Shown: positions 19,354-29,739 of the stretch, one piece after another
Numbering within the stretch: position 1 is the first letter of the stretch
How the letters are laid out: each line of letters begins with the position of its first letter
Source: Candidatus Latescibacterota bacterium
GTDB lineage: Bacteria; Latescibacterota; UBA2968; UBA8231
Assembly: GCA_007136405.1 (NCBI GenBank)
Contig: SLHA01000013.1
Location: 17,368 to 81,367 of the forward strand
Direction of reading: 5' to 3'
DNA length: 64,000 nt
Notes under the pieces: model-generated
Told to the model about the DNA's origin: nothing
Seen by the model: only the letters and a program-made list of their open reading frames with translations
Databases searched by the model: none
Program-made: the position numbers and the translations under genes

Positions 19354-20769
19354 ATGAGCCGGACACCCCAGGAACCGCAATCCGTAAGCGCCGGAGTCAA
19401 GGACCTGCTGCCGCGTCTGCGCAGCTTGCTGGGAAAGGATCGGGTGCTTACGGAGCCAGAGGATCTCAGTGTCTATGCCTTCGACGGAACCGCCATGCTG
19501 CATGAGCTCCCCGCCTGCGTGGTGCTGCCGGAATCCGTCGACGAAGTTTCCGGCATCCTGTCGCTGGCTTCGGAAGGGGGCGTACCCGTGGTTCCCCGCG
19601 GCTCGGGCAGCGGACTCTCCGGTGGATCGGTGCCCTCTCCCGGGTGCATCGTGCTGTGTCTGGTGCGCCTGAACCGTATCGAGGCGGTGGATACCGACAA
19701 TCTGACCATGACCGTCCAGGCCGGCGTCCTGACCCAGGCCGTGGCGGACCGGGCAGTGGCCGCCGGCCTGTTCTATCCGCCGGATCCGGGCTCGATCGCC
19801 ATCTCCACCATAGGAGGCAACGTAGCCAATAATTCCGGGGGATTGCGTGGACTCAAGTACGGGGTCACACGGGACTACGTCATGGCCCTGCAGGTGGTTC
19901 TGGCCGACGGCCAGGTACTGGAAACCGGGAGCCAGTGCGTCAAGGATGTGGCGGGGTTCGGGCTCAAGGATCTGTTCATCGGTTCGGAAGGGGCGCTCGG
20001 GGTCATTACCGGGATCACTCTGAGACTGACACCGCCACCAGCCAGCAAGAAAACCCTGCTGGCGCTCTTCGACCGGATGACCGATGCAGCAGACAGCATA
20101 TCGAGGATCATCTCACGTCAGATCATCCCCTGTACGCTGGAATTCCTGGACCGGGTGACCATCGAGTGCGTGGAGGGCTATGCCCGGATCGGGCTGCCTC
20201 TGGACTGCGAAGCCATCGTACTCATGGAGGCGGATGGGCATCCGGCTCAGGTGGCGGAAGAGGCGGAAGAGATGGCGCGCATAGCGTCAGAGACCGGGGC
20301 GCGCGAGGTGAGAACTGCTTCATCCGAGGAGGAGGCAACCCGGCTGGCCGCCGCCCGCCGGACCGCCTTCAGCGCCCTGGCGCGCCTGGCCCCCACTGTC
20401 CTGCTCGAGGATGTGACCGTACCGCGCAGCGAACTGGCGCGCATGGTGAAATTCATACAGGAAACCGGTGAGCGCCACGGCGTGCGCGTGGGAACCTTCG
20501 GGCATATGGGGGATGGCAACCTGCATCCCACATTCCTCACCAATGAGCGCGAACCTGAGGCGTTGCGCAGGGCCGAACAAGCCATGCGTGAGGTGTTTAC
20601 CGAGACCATCCGTCTGGGTGGGACGATCACCGGCGAACACGGGGTGGGGCTGGCCAAGAAGCCCTATCTGCAGCAGCAGATAGGGCCAGTGGGCATGGAG
20701 GTGATGCGGCGGCTCAAGTCGACCTTTGATCCGCAGGGAATTCTCAATCCGGGGAAGGTGTTCGATTGA
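19354..20769 (+). CDS. glcD: FAD-linked oxidase, glycolate oxidase subunit GlcD-like
   Basis: FAD-binding PCMH domain (VVPRGSGSGLSGGSVP) and C-terminal FAD-oxidase domain (GTITGEHGVGLAK). Start at MSRTPQ is preceded by GGAGGAG. Confidence 0.8.
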   Translation: MSRTPQEPQSVSAGVKDLLPRLRSLLGKDRVLTEPEDLSVYAFDGTAMLHELPACVVLPESVDEVSGILSLASEGGVPVVPRGSGSGLSGGSVPSPGCIVLCLVRLNRIEAVDTDNLTMTVQAGVLTQAVADRAVAAGLFYPPDPGSIAISTIGGNVANNSGGLRGLKYGVTRDYVMALQVVLADGQVLETGSQCVKDVAGFGLKDLFIGSEGALGVITGITLRLTPPPASKKTLLALFDRMTDAADSISRIISRQIIPCTLEFLDRVTIECVEGYARIGLPLDCEAIVLMEADGHPAQVAEEAEEMARIASETGAREVRTASSEEEATRLAAARRTAFSALARLAPTVLLEDVTVPRSELARMVKFIQETGERHGVRVGTFGHMGDGNLHPTFLTNEREPEALRRAEQAMREVFTETIRLGGTITGEHGVGLAKKPYLQQQIGPVGMEVMRRLKSTFDPQGILNPGKVFD

Positions 20770-22115
20770 CCTGTGCGCAAACGGCAACGCCAAGCGGCCC
20801 GGCCGGCGCCGACGGCAATCTGCTGAAAGGACTGGACTACTCGGTCCTGCAACAGTGCATGCATTGCGGCATGTGTCTGCCGGCTTGTCCCACGTACGTG
20901 GCCACGTTGCGCGAACGATCCTCACCGCGCGGACGCATCGCCATGATGCGGGCCATCGCCGACGACCGCCTGGAAGTGAGTCGCACCTTTGCCGAGGAAA
21001 TCTATTTCTGTCTGGGATGCCTGGCCTGTGTCAGCGCCTGCCCGGCCGGGGTGGATTACACTACGCTCTTCGAGCATGCCCGGGCCGAGGTGGAGCGCAG
21101 CCGCGTGCTCGCGGCTCCCAAGCGGAACATCATCCGGTCCTTGCTGGTGAATACGGTTTTCATGTCGCGGCGGCGGTTGCGCACCATGGGGCGGGCGATG
21201 CGTCTGTACCAGCGCTCCGGGCTGCAATGGCTGGTTCGCCGCGGCGGCTTGCGCTATCTTCTGCCACGCTCGCTGCGTCAGCTTGAACCCCTGGCTCCGG
21301 CCATCAGCCGGCGATTCACCGAGGCCGTCTTCTGCCGGCTGTATGACAGGCGCAATCCGCCGCAACCCCGGTTCCGCGTCGGTCTGCTGGTGGGCTGCGT
21401 GCAGGACCTGGCCTTTGCCGACACCAACCTGGACACCATCTATGTCCTGCAGCAGAACGGCTGTCACGTGGCCGTGCCCAGGGCGCAGGAGTGTTGCGGC
21501 TCGCTGCATGCGCACAACGGCGAACTGGAGAGTGCGCGGCGGCTGGCGCGGGCCAACATCGACGCTTTCGTGCCGGAATCCCTGGATGCCATCATCACCA
21601 ACGCCGGCGGATGCGGCTCCCACATGAAGCGGTACGACCATCTGCTCGCTGACGACCCCGACTATGCCGATCGGGCACGCATATGGAGCGCCCGGGTCAA
21701 GGATATCCATGAGTTTCTGCTGGAGATCGGTTTCCGGCGACCACAGAGCCCACCGTTGCAACAGCGGGTGACCTACCATGAGTCGTGCCACCTGCGCCAC
21801 GGTCAGCAGGTTTCGGCGCAGCCCAGGGAAATCCTGCGTTCCATTCCCGGCGTCGAGCTCGTGGAACTCAACCGGGCGGACTGGTGCTGTGGCAGTGCCG
21901 GCATCTACAACATCACCCAGCCCGAAATGGCCATGCAATTGCTGGACCAGAAGATGGTCGACATACAGGCCACCGGCGCGCACCTGGTGGCCAGTGCCAA
22001 CACCGGTTGCAACATTCAACTGGAATGCGGCCGCCACCGAAGCGGCGCCACCGTCATGGTCACCCACCCCGTGACGTTGCTGGCCGCAGCCTACAGGAGA
22101 GAAACCGCCCGCTGA
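20766..22115 (+). CDS. glcF: (Fe-S)-binding protein, glycolate oxidase iron-sulfur subunit GlcF-like
   Basis: Two CxxCxxCxxxCP ferredoxin motifs (CMHCGMCLPACP, CLGCLACVSACP) plus CCG-domain cysteines. TTG start overlaps the glcD stop (TTGA). Confidence 0.75.
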   Translation: MTCAQTATPSGPAGADGNLLKGLDYSVLQQCMHCGMCLPACPTYVATLRERSSPRGRIAMMRAIADDRLEVSRTFAEEIYFCLGCLACVSACPAGVDYTTLFEHARAEVERSRVLAAPKRNIIRSLLVNTVFMSRRRLRTMGRAMRLYQRSGLQWLVRRGGLRYLLPRSLRQLEPLAPAISRRFTEAVFCRLYDRRNPPQPRFRVGLLVGCVQDLAFADTNLDTIYVLQQNGCHVAVPRAQECCGSLHAHNGELESARRLARANIDAFVPESLDAIITNAGGCGSHMKRYDHLLADDPDYADRARIWSARVKDIHEFLLEIGFRRPQSPPLQQRVTYHESCHLRHGQQVSAQPREILRSIPGVELVELNRADWCCGSAGIYNITQPEMAMQLLDQKMVDIQATGAHLVASANTGCNIQLECGRHRSGATVMVTHPVTLLAAAYRRETAR

Positions 22116-22175
22116 CCGTTCCGGAATGCTTGCGTCCGGGAGCCCATCCCGCTGTTAGCAGAGGAGGATACACCG

Positions 22176-23345
22176 ATGACCCCAAAGCCACCCCGGCCTC
22201 GACCCGAACGTCGGCCGCAGTCTGCCTGTTTTTCATCAGGCCCTTGTGCCAAGCGTCCAGGCTGGTCCCTGTCAGCCCTGCAGGAAGCCGCCACCGGCCG
22301 TTCGCACCGCTCCAGCCTGGGGCGATCCAAACTCGGTGAGGTCATCTCGCGCACGCGGAATCTGCTGGAGCTGCCTGCCGGATATCGCGTGGCGGTGGTC
22401 CCGGCGTCGGACACCGGCGCCGTGGAGATGGCGCTGTGGTCGCTGCTGGGTGCTCGCGGGGTCGATGTGCTGGCCTGGGAGAGCTTCGGTCAAGGATGGG
22501 TGACCGATATCACGCGGCAGTTGCGTCTGCCGGACGTGCGGGTGCTGGAGGCTGACTACGGCGAACTGCCGGCCTTACAGGAGGTGGATCCTGAGCGGGA
22601 TGTGGTCTTCACCTGGAACGGCACCACGTCCGGTGTCTGCGTTCCCAACGGGGATTGGATAGCGGCGGATCGTACCGGGCTGACCCTGTGCGACGCCACT
22701 TCGGCCATCTTCGCCATGGAACTCCCCTTCGACAAACTGGACGTCGTGACCTATTCGTGGCAGAAAGTGATGGGAGGTGAGGCGGCACACGGAATGCTCA
22801 TCCTGTCGCCCCGCGCCGTGGAACGGCTGGAGAGTTATGTTCCGCCCTGGCCGTTGCCCAAGTTGTTCCGTATGACCAGGCAGGGCCGCCTCAACGAGGC
22901 GCTTTTCGAGGGCGACACGATCAACACGCCCTCCATGCTCTGCGTCGAGGACGCGCTGGACGCTCTGCGATGGATCGACGAAGTGGGCGGCGTCCAGGCG
23001 GTCATCGCCCGCTCGAGGGCCAATCTGAACGTGCTGGCACGCTGGGCGGCAAACACCTCGTGGGTTGATTTCCTGGCACGCGATCCGGCCACGCGTTCCA
23101 GCACGTCGATCTGTTTCCGCATGACTCCCAACGCGTCTGGCGATGATCCCAGTGCGGATCCGGCGGCTGTAGTCAAGCGGCTGGTGACCTTGCTGGCGGA
23201 CGAGCACGTTGCCTACGACATCAACGCGTACCGGGAGGCGCCTCCGGGCTTGCGGATCTGGGGTGGCGCCACGGTGAGTCCGGACGATCTGGCCTTGCTG
23301 ACGCCCTGGCTGGATTGGGCCTACGAGCAAGTCACCCAGCCATAG
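22176..23345 (+). CDS. serC: phosphoserine aminotransferase (long, SerC-type class V)
   Basis: [13 protein letters not shown]-terminal signature and [13 protein letters not shown]-lysine region. GAGGAGG Shine-Dalgarno upstream. Confidence 0.8.
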   Translation: MTPKPPRPRPERRPQSACFSSGPCAKRPGWSLSALQEAATGRSHRSSLGRSKLGEVISRTRNLLELPAGYRVAVVPASDTGAVEMALWSLLGARGVDVLAWESFGQGWVTDITRQLRLPDVRVLEADYGELPALQEVDPERDVVFTWNGTTSGVCVPNGDWIAADRTGLTLCDATSAIFAMELPFDKLDVVTYSWQKVMGGEAAHGMLILSPRAVERLESYVPPWPLPKLFRMTRQGRLNEALFEGDTINTPSMLCVEDALDALRWIDEVGGVQAVIARSRANLNVLARWAANTSWVDFLARDPATRSSTSICFRMTPNASGDDPSADPAAVVKRLVTLLADEHVAYDINAYREAPPGLRIWGGATVSPDDLALLTPWLDWAYEQVTQP

Positions 23346-23372
23346 CCCAGCCATCCCAACGCTCGCCCGCTG

Positions 23373-23479
23373 TCCACGTAAACGCCGAATCGTTTGGCGC
23401 TGCCGCCTCTGGACCGGCCGGAGGGTGGTCTGGCTCGGATGCTCGTCCACGCAAACGCCGCATCGTTTGGCGCTGCCGC
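23373..23479. repeat. two 34-bp direct repeats (TCCACG(T/C)AAACGCCG(A/C)ATCGTTTGGCGCTGCCGC) 39 bp apart
   Basis: Directly visible in the convergent serC / Gfo intergenic region. Each has an internal imperfect palindrome AAACG...CGTTT. Confidence 0.85.
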
Positions 23480-23503
23480 ATTCCAGTGGTTCGGCTGGGT
23501 GCC

Positions 23504-24544
23504 TCAGCAGAACAGATGGTCTTCGAGCGGCAGTTGGACCTGTGCCCCGGTGGTCGCGGACCGCAGGCCCGCTTCCATGATCTGCTGGGCGTCGTAGGCC
23601 ACATCGGGCGACGTCTGGAACCCGGGTTCAGCCCCTGTCAGGACACAGTCGACGAAGTGTTCGGCGGCACAGCGCTGTCCGGCTGGCAGCGTGTCCAGCG
23701 GCACGGTTGCGGCGGTCTTTCCGCCGCGAGGGAACAGGCGCAGTTCCTGTCCGGCCACCAGGGTGCCCTCCGTGCCATACAAGACCAGATCGTGAGGCGG
23801 GAAGTGCGGTGCGGCTTCGGTCCACGTCATCTCCAGCCGGCACAAGGCGCGCGGGTAGCGCATCACCAGAATGCCGTTGTCGTCCACCGGCAGGTGCGTC
23901 TTGACCAGCCGTCCGGCCATGCCGAAAACGCTGGACGGAAGGCACCCCAGAAAGAGCACGCACAGGCTGGCGCCGTAGCCGCTGTAGTCATTGAAGGCTC
24001 CGGCACCGTTTTGCCGGGGGTCGAACAGAAAACCGCAGAATTCCGCCGAACAGCCCAGTTCATCGGGACCACAGTGACCGCCACGCCAGGTCATCTGCCA
24101 TATTCTGCCGAGTGCCCCTTCCTGCACCAGCCGATAGGCGGTCCGCAGCCGCGGTGACCAGGCGGTGGGCCAGTTGATCATGAGCGTGATGCTGTGACGC
24201 CGGGCCGCGGTCAGCATGCGGGAGGCTTGCGGCAGGGTGGCAGCCATGGGTTTCTCCGCCATGACCGGTACACCCTGCCGGGCGCAGAGTTCGACGATGT
24301 CTGCGTGCTGGTTGGTGGGTGAGAAGGCGAATACCGCATCCGGCTGATCGGCATCCAGCAGTTCCTGGTAACCGGCATAGACCCGCTTGCAGCCGGTTCG
24401 CTCGACGAAGCGCTGGCGCAGCGCGGGGTTGGCATCCGCGCCGGCCACCAGAGCGGCGCGATCCAATACGGCCAGATCGTCCAGGTTGCTCCACAGGTGG
24501 TCATGAGCCATGCCGAGTACGGCGATTTTCAGTTTGTCTGCCAT
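23504..24544 (-). CDS. Gfo/Idh/MocA-family oxidoreductase
   Basis: MADKLKIAVLGMAHDH Rossmann start and EKP motif. AGGAGA Shine-Dalgarno upstream. The ORF-track N-terminal extension was rejected. Confidence 0.75.
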   Translation of the reverse strand: MADKLKIAVLGMAHDHLWSNLDDLAVLDRAALVAGADANPALRQRFVERTGCKRVYAGYQELLDADQPDAVFAFSPTNQHADIVELCARQGVPVMAEKPMAATLPQASRMLTAARRHSITLMINWPTAWSPRLRTAYRLVQEGALGRIWQMTWRGGHCGPDELGCSAEFCGFLFDPRQNGAGAFNDYSGYGASLCVLFLGCLPSSVFGMAGRLVKTHLPVDDNGILVMRYPRALCRLEMTWTEAAPHFPPHDLVLYGTEGTLVAGQELRLFPRGGKTAATVPLDTLPAGQRCAAEHFVDCVLTGAEPGFQTSPDVAYDAQQIMEAGLRSATTGAQVQLPLEDHLFC

Positions 24545-24771
24545 TGCCCGGATCTCCTGGAAACAGGTGGGTTGAACCCCGGCCAATCTAGTGCCGCGGC
24601 ATCGGCTCGGCAAGGTGTCCGCCGGGTCGTGCTCTTCGACGCTCATGATGGCCGCGGATCGTCCGGACAGAGGCACGGAGGATGGGCGGGAAAGCGTTGA
24701 CGGAAAGTGTTTATGGCCACGGTCCGCACGGCGTGGCTGGGGCGCCCCTCTACCGCAGTACCAGGCGGCCG

Positions 24772-25923
24772 CTACTGGGTCAGGGCGACGCTGAAGCCGT
24801 CTGAATCCCGCAGGCCTTTGGCAAAGACATCCGCCTCCACGTCAAAGCCCGCCCCAGGTGTATCGGGCACCACAAGGCAGCCTTCGATCATTTTCCAGCC
24901 GTCCGTCACGAGACCCGGCACCCGTACCGGTGCCGCCTCCAGCAGGGCGTAGTTGGGGATGGCAGCGGCGAAATGGGCATGGTGGAATCGTTCGATGAAA
25001 CTGCCCCATGCGTGCGGGCCGCACAGGACTCCCCAGCCCTCCAGCCGGGCCGCGGTGCCGCGCCACCAGGTCAGGCCGGCCATGCGGAAGTCGTGCTGCA
25101 CAACATCGATGAGTCCCTCCTGTACCAGGTCGAAAAAGCAGGGTGGCGGGGCGAACTCGCCGTCGGCGACCAGGGTGTTCCATCCGTGGTCAACGATGAA
25201 CTGCTTCAGCGCCAGGTTGAGCGGCCGGTCTTCGTGAAAGGGTTCTTCGAACCAGTGAATGCGCGCTCCGGCACAGGCCTGAAGCAGCGCTTGCGCCGAG
25301 TTCAGCGTGTTGCCCATGTTGGCATCTATCATGATTTTCGCCGCGTCACCGGCTGCAGCGCGAACTGCGTGGACGACCAGGGCATCGCGGTGCAGGCCGG
25401 CCTCCGGGGTCATCCAACGGGCACCGCGCCCAACCTTGACCTTGAAATGGCGGTAGCCGTGCTCCTGGCCTGAGGCCACTTCCTCCGTGAAAATGCGTTC
25501 GGCTTCGCGGTCCGATGCTTCCAGGTCATCGATGTAGATGGAGCCATCGTAGATTTCCACCCGCCGATGCCCGCGTCCGCCCAGCAGACGGTATAAAGGC
25601 AGCTCCATAGCGCGAGCCACCAGATCCCAGAGGGGCAGGTCCATGCGGCGACCGGGCTCCAGCACCCCATCGGGCCACCGGAAGCACTCGCGCAATTCCC
25701 GCCCGAGCAGATTCCCGGCCTGATCGAGGCGGATGTCGGACCAACCCAGGCCGACGGCGCCACCGGAGGTATGCACCCGAACGACGGGATCGCGCAGGTG
25801 GGGGCCGTGCGTGGGAATTCTGGCGTTGTAGCCGATACTCCGCGGCCGTGTGCCGCGTAATACGGCTTTCTCGATACGGACGATGCGTTCCCGCAGGACG
25901 GGCTCTACGGCGCTTTCATCCAT
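24772..25923 (-). CDS. mandelate racemase / muconate-lactonizing-enzyme family (enolase superfamily) protein
   Basis: MR/MLE capping and barrel domains with KVKVG and IMIDANMG metal-ligand context; sugar-acid dehydratase-like. Specific substrate unknown. Confidence 0.75.
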   Translation of the reverse strand: MDESAVEPVLRERIVRIEKAVLRGTRPRSIGYNARIPTHGPHLRDPVVRVHTSGGAVGLGWSDIRLDQAGNLLGRELRECFRWPDGVLEPGRRMDLPLWDLVARAMELPLYRLLGGRGHRRVEIYDGSIYIDDLEASDREAERIFTEEVASGQEHGYRHFKVKVGRGARWMTPEAGLHRDALVVHAVRAAAGDAAKIMIDANMGNTLNSAQALLQACAGARIHWFEEPFHEDRPLNLALKQFIVDHGWNTLVADGEFAPPPCFFDLVQEGLIDVVQHDFRMAGLTWWRGTAARLEGWGVLCGPHAWGSFIERFHHAHFAAAIPNYALLEAAPVRVPGLVTDGWKMIEGCLVVPDTPGAGFDVEADVFAKGLRDSDGFSVALTQ

Positions 25924-26299
25924 CTGCCGTGCTCCATTTCAACTGCATCGGGGTTGACTGAACGAACGGGTGGCTGTATGCGGATCGGACGCCTTTGCTG
26001 TTCCAGAGCCGGTACCTGCGCGGCTGGATTTCAACCGTGGGTGCCTGGAAGGATGCCAAGGCGCCGGTGCAAGCCCCGGCTGCCGTCAATCGATGACCGG
26101 GGCATGCGCTTCGACAGCCGGACGGCAGACTGGGCCATACCCAACGATAGCCAATCCGCAGCGAGCAGGACAGCTGCAGACCAGGGCGACGGGTAGCCGC
26201 CGGGAGAAGGTCCGGTCAACCGGCACGCCGGTCTACACGTCCGTCACCGGCAGGATGCTATGCGAGGATACGATGAGCTTGCGTCCGAACGGGCTCATC

Positions 26300-26373
26300 G
26301 TAGACTTGCTGTAGACTTGCTGTTGGGTGCCCGGCCGTACACGCGCAGGCGCATCGTACACGCGCAGGCGCAT
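26300..26373. repeat. two adjacent tandem duplications: GTAGACTTGCT x2 and CGTACACGCGCAGGCGCAT x2
   Basis: Directly visible in the divergent region between the enolase-superfamily gene and dCMP deaminase. Confidence 0.9.
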
Positions 26374-26444
26374 GCGCGGGGCAGTGGCCGATGGACCACC
26401 ATGGCGCCCAGACGCATCGTGCCCTCGACGCGACAGAGGACGAT

Positions 26445-26999
26445 ATGGGAAACCACGCAGCAGGAAGACGGCCGGACTGGCCGGAGTACTATATGCGCAT
26501 CGCCATGGCGGTGCGGGCCCGGGCCAACTGCACGGGCAACCGGGTTGGTGCAATCCTGGTGCTGGACCGCCGCATCATCGCCACGGGGTACAATGGTACG
26601 CCGCATGGATTCCCCAATTGTCTGGACGGTGGCTGTAACCGCTGCGCAGAAAGATCCACGGCCCAGTCCGGTAAGGACTACGACCTGTGCATCTGCGTTC
26701 ACGCCGAGCAGAACACCCTGCTGCAGGCGGCGCGCTTCGGGATTGCGGCTGCGGATGCGGAGCTGTACTCCACAATGCAACCGTGCTTCGGATGCACCAA
26801 GGAGCTGCTCCAGGCCGGGGTCCGGAAAGTGTACTATCTGCACCCATGGCGTTATCCGGATGCAGCGAAGCAATACGAATACGAACGCCTGCAGAACCAT
26901 TTTCCGGAAGGTGTGCACGCGCTGCCGCTGGACGATCCGGACGCGCGCTGGGCCGTATCCAGTCTGAGGCAGTCTGGATCGGAGGCGGAATGCGCCTAA
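26445..26999 (+). CDS. dCMP deaminase (cytidine/deoxycytidylate deaminase zinc-binding family)
   Basis: CVHAEQN and PCFGCTKEL zinc motifs. Start at MGNH gives the family-typical N-terminus RPDWPEYYMRIAMAV. Confidence 0.75.
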   Translation: MGNHAAGRRPDWPEYYMRIAMAVRARANCTGNRVGAILVLDRRIIATGYNGTPHGFPNCLDGGCNRCAERSTAQSGKDYDLCICVHAEQNTLLQAARFGIAAADAELYSTMQPCFGCTKELLQAGVRKVYYLHPWRYPDAAKQYEYERLQNHFPEGVHALPLDDPDARWAVSSLRQSGSEAECA

Positions 27000-27322
27000 C
27001 TGCAGGCTGCAGACCAACCGTGCTTTTGACGTTACGCTTTGCTGCGTTGTTAATTGGGGCGTCGTCTACCGGCGGCGTGGCTGCGGCCCTGGAGGGTGCT
27101 GTTCAGGGTACACGCCGCAACCCGGCCAGGGGTAGGCCAACAACCGTGCCACGGATGATCGGGCTGTGAAACGGGTGCCGGGATGGAGGTCAAGCCGATA
27201 TCCGTATACCGAATGAGGACCGCGGTGCCGGATCTGTCGGGCTGATGCTAAGAGGACGGAGAGGTCACGGTAGGATGCCGCTATGGCGGTTTGGCGCACT
27301 GCGATTGCGCCGGAGGGCTGCG

Positions 27323-28300
27323 ATGAAGCGTATGCAGGCCGGACTCCTCGTCCGGATGGGTGCCGGCATGCTGCAATGTGCCGGAGCTGCGCCGCAGGTC
27401 GCTCATCGGGTGACCCGGCTTCTGGTGGACGCTGAGCTGGCCGGACACCCCCGGCATGGCATCGAACGGCTGTCGTATTACCTGGAACAGATCGTCCAGG
27501 GCAGGCTGGTACCGGATGCGACAGCGGTCGTCGTCAGCCAGACGCCGGCCAGCGTCGTGCTGGACGGCTGCCAGGGGTTCGGTGAGCTGGCACTGGACCA
27601 GGCGGTGGCGCTGGCGGCAGGCAAGGCTGTCGATCAGGGCGTGGCCGCGGTAGTCATCCGCCGGGCTCATGGGGTAGGGCGTCTCAGTCCCTTTGTCGAA
27701 CAACTGGCGGAACAGGGACAGGTGGCGCTGCTGATGGCCAATGGCATGAGCCGGCAGCCGGTGGTGGTGCCGTACGGCGCCGCCGCTCCCTGTCTGGGCG
27801 CCAATCCAGTCGCTATGGCTGTGCCGCGCCGCACGGGCTGTCTGGCGCTCGACATGGCCACCTGCACCACCAGATCCGGGCAGGATCCAACCGCCATCCA
27901 GCATCCGTTCGGAGGGGTCTCGGCCCACAAGGGCTACGGCCTGAACCTGGTCGTCGAACTGCTGGCCGGAGCGCTGACCGGAGCCGGCTGCGCCGGGCAG
28001 AGCGAGCGCCCGGGCCATGGAGCCTTGTTGCTCAGCGTGCAAGTGGCGGACTTCGTGGCCTATGATGCATTCGTGGCGGAGGTGGAGGACCTGCTGGCTT
28101 TCGTGCGTTCCACCCGGATGGTTGACGCGGCCGGTGATGGGGCGCTGCTGCTGCCGGGTGAGCCGGAGCGGATGCGCCGCGCGGAGAGCCTCGCCCGGGG
28201 ATTGCCAGTGGATCCGACAACCTGGGAACGGCTGATGGCCGCCGGGCGCCGGGTTGGCTGGGAACCGGAATCCGAGAGTAGGGGGCCGGCATCGGACTGA
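27323..28300 (+). CDS. Ldh_2-family (malate/L-lactate/ureidoglycolate dehydrogenase-like) oxidoreductase
   Basis: LLVDAELAGHPRHGIERLSYY matches the Ldh_2 pattern (…G..sHG..rl..Y). Shine-Dalgarno GGAGGG upstream of ATG 27323; the start is otherwise ambiguous among nearby Met codons. Confidence 0.65.
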   Translation: MKRMQAGLLVRMGAGMLQCAGAAPQVAHRVTRLLVDAELAGHPRHGIERLSYYLEQIVQGRLVPDATAVVVSQTPASVVLDGCQGFGELALDQAVALAAGKAVDQGVAAVVIRRAHGVGRLSPFVEQLAEQGQVALLMANGMSRQPVVVPYGAAAPCLGANPVAMAVPRRTGCLALDMATCTTRSGQDPTAIQHPFGGVSAHKGYGLNLVVELLAGALTGAGCAGQSERPGHGALLLSVQVADFVAYDAFVAEVEDLLAFVRSTRMVDAAGDGALLLPGEPERMRRAESLARGLPVDPTTWERLMAAGRRVGWEPESESRGPASD

Positions 28301-28365
28301 CGCAGGACTGACCCGCTGTCCACGGTGTGCGAAGAGCGGGAGACGGAACCGGAGATGAGGCAGGT

Positions 28366-29739
28366 ATGGGCAAGCGCGTAGTCGTGGTCGGGGGAGATGC
28401 GGCCGGTATGAGTGCGGCGAGTCAGATTCGCCGGGCCAATCCCGAACTGGCAGTTACGGTATACGAACAGGGGGCGTATGCCGCGTACGGCGCCTGCGGT
28501 ATACCGTATCTGATCAGCGGTGAGGTCGATTCGTACGAAAGCCTGCTGGCGCTGGGTGCGGATGATTTCGCCAGACGCGGCATCGAGGTCTGTCTGCAGC
28601 ACCAGGTCGTGGCGGTCAAGCCGGGTGCGCGCGTCGTCGAGGTGCGCCATGGCGCGGGGGCTGTCCGATCGGTGCGCTACGACTACCTGGTGCTGGCGAC
28701 CGGCGCGGTGCCCGTGGCTCCCGCCTGGATGGAGGTCTCGGTGGCTCAGGTGCACGGGCTGCGCGGGCTGTCAGACGGCATGACCGTACGCCGGATCATC
28801 GACAGTGGCCAGGTGGCACGGGCCGTCATCGTGGGCACCGGTCTCATCGGTATGGAGATGGCCGAGGCGTTGAGCAAACGGGGCCTCCAGGTCACCGTGA
28901 TAGGCCGTTCCCAGCGCATGATTTTTGGCCTGGACCGCGTTTTTCTGGAACCCGTCGTCCGCAGCCTGAGCGACAGAGGTATCGAATTGCTGCAGGATCA
29001 GACCGTGACCGGCCTGCAGAGCCAGGCCGGACGAGTAAGCGCGGTCGTGCTGCTGGACCGGCGCATCCCGGCGGACCTGGTGATCGTCGCTACTGGTGTG
29101 CGACCGTCGACAGCGCTGGCCCGTGAGGCGGGGATCGGTGTGGGCCGGAGCGGTGGCATCGCGGTATCGGATCGCCTGAAGACGGAGGTTCCGGGCGTGT
29201 ATGCGGCGGGAGACTGCGTCGAACTGACCCACATCGTGACTGGCGCCCGCGTCGTCGCGCCCCTGGCGCTTACCGCCAACCGCACCGGCCGGATCGCCGG
29301 AGACAACCTGGCCGCGGAGAGTCTGGGCCGGTTGTCGGCTCAGCGTTTCCGGGGTACTGCCGGCACCGCGGTGACCCGGGTTTTCGACCACAGTGTGGCC
29401 TGTGCCGGTCTGGACGAAGAACAGGCCCGGGCAGCCGGTTTCGCCCCGGCCGTATTCGAGCGCGAGAGCCGGTCGCGGGCTTCGTACTATCCGGGAGGAA
29501 CCCCGGTGTATACGCGCATCGTCGTGGACCGGCGGACACAGCGTCTGCTGGGTGCGCAGATACTCGGTCAGGAGGGGGTGGCAGGCCGCATCGACGTGGT
29601 GGCCGCGGCACTGTTCAACCGCATGACGGTGCAGCAGGTATACGACCTCGAACTGGCCTACGCGCCGCCCTTCGGGCCGGTGTACGACCCGCTCATCGAG
29701 GTGTGCGGCCGGGCGGCGCTGGAGCTCGGGACGCTGTGA
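28366..29739 (+). CDS. FAD-dependent pyridine nucleotide-disulfide oxidoreductase (CoA-disulfide reductase/NADH oxidase-like)
   Basis: KRVVVVGGDAAGMSAA dinucleotide fold, redox-Cys region YGACGIPY, second Rossmann VIVGTGLIGMEMA, AAGDC motif. Confidence 0.8.
   Translation: MGKRVVVVGGDAAGMSAASQIRRANPELAVTVYEQGAYAAYGACGIPYLISGEVDSYESLLALGADDFARRGIEVCLQHQVVAVKPGARVVEVRHGAGAVRSVRYDYLVLATGAVPVAPAWMEVSVAQVHGLRGLSDGMTVRRIIDSGQVARAVIVGTGLIGMEMAEALSKRGLQVTVIGRSQRMIFGLDRVFLEPVVRSLSDRGIELLQDQTVTGLQSQAGRVSAVVLLDRRIPADLVIVATGVRPSTALAREAGIGVGRSGGIAVSDRLKTEVPGVYAAGDCVELTHIVTGARVVAPLALTANRTGRIAGDNLAAESLGRLSAQRFRGTAGTAVTRVFDHSVACAGLDEEQARAAGFAPAVFERESRSRASYYPGGTPVYTRIVVDRRTQRLLGAQILGQEGVAGRIDVVAAALFNRMTVQQVYDLELAYAPPFGPVYDPLIEVCGRAALELGTL

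Noticed and set aside
20922-22067. 381-aa minus-strand ORF across glcF
   Set aside because: Antisense to the Fe-S subunit gene, which has two ferredoxin cysteine motifs.
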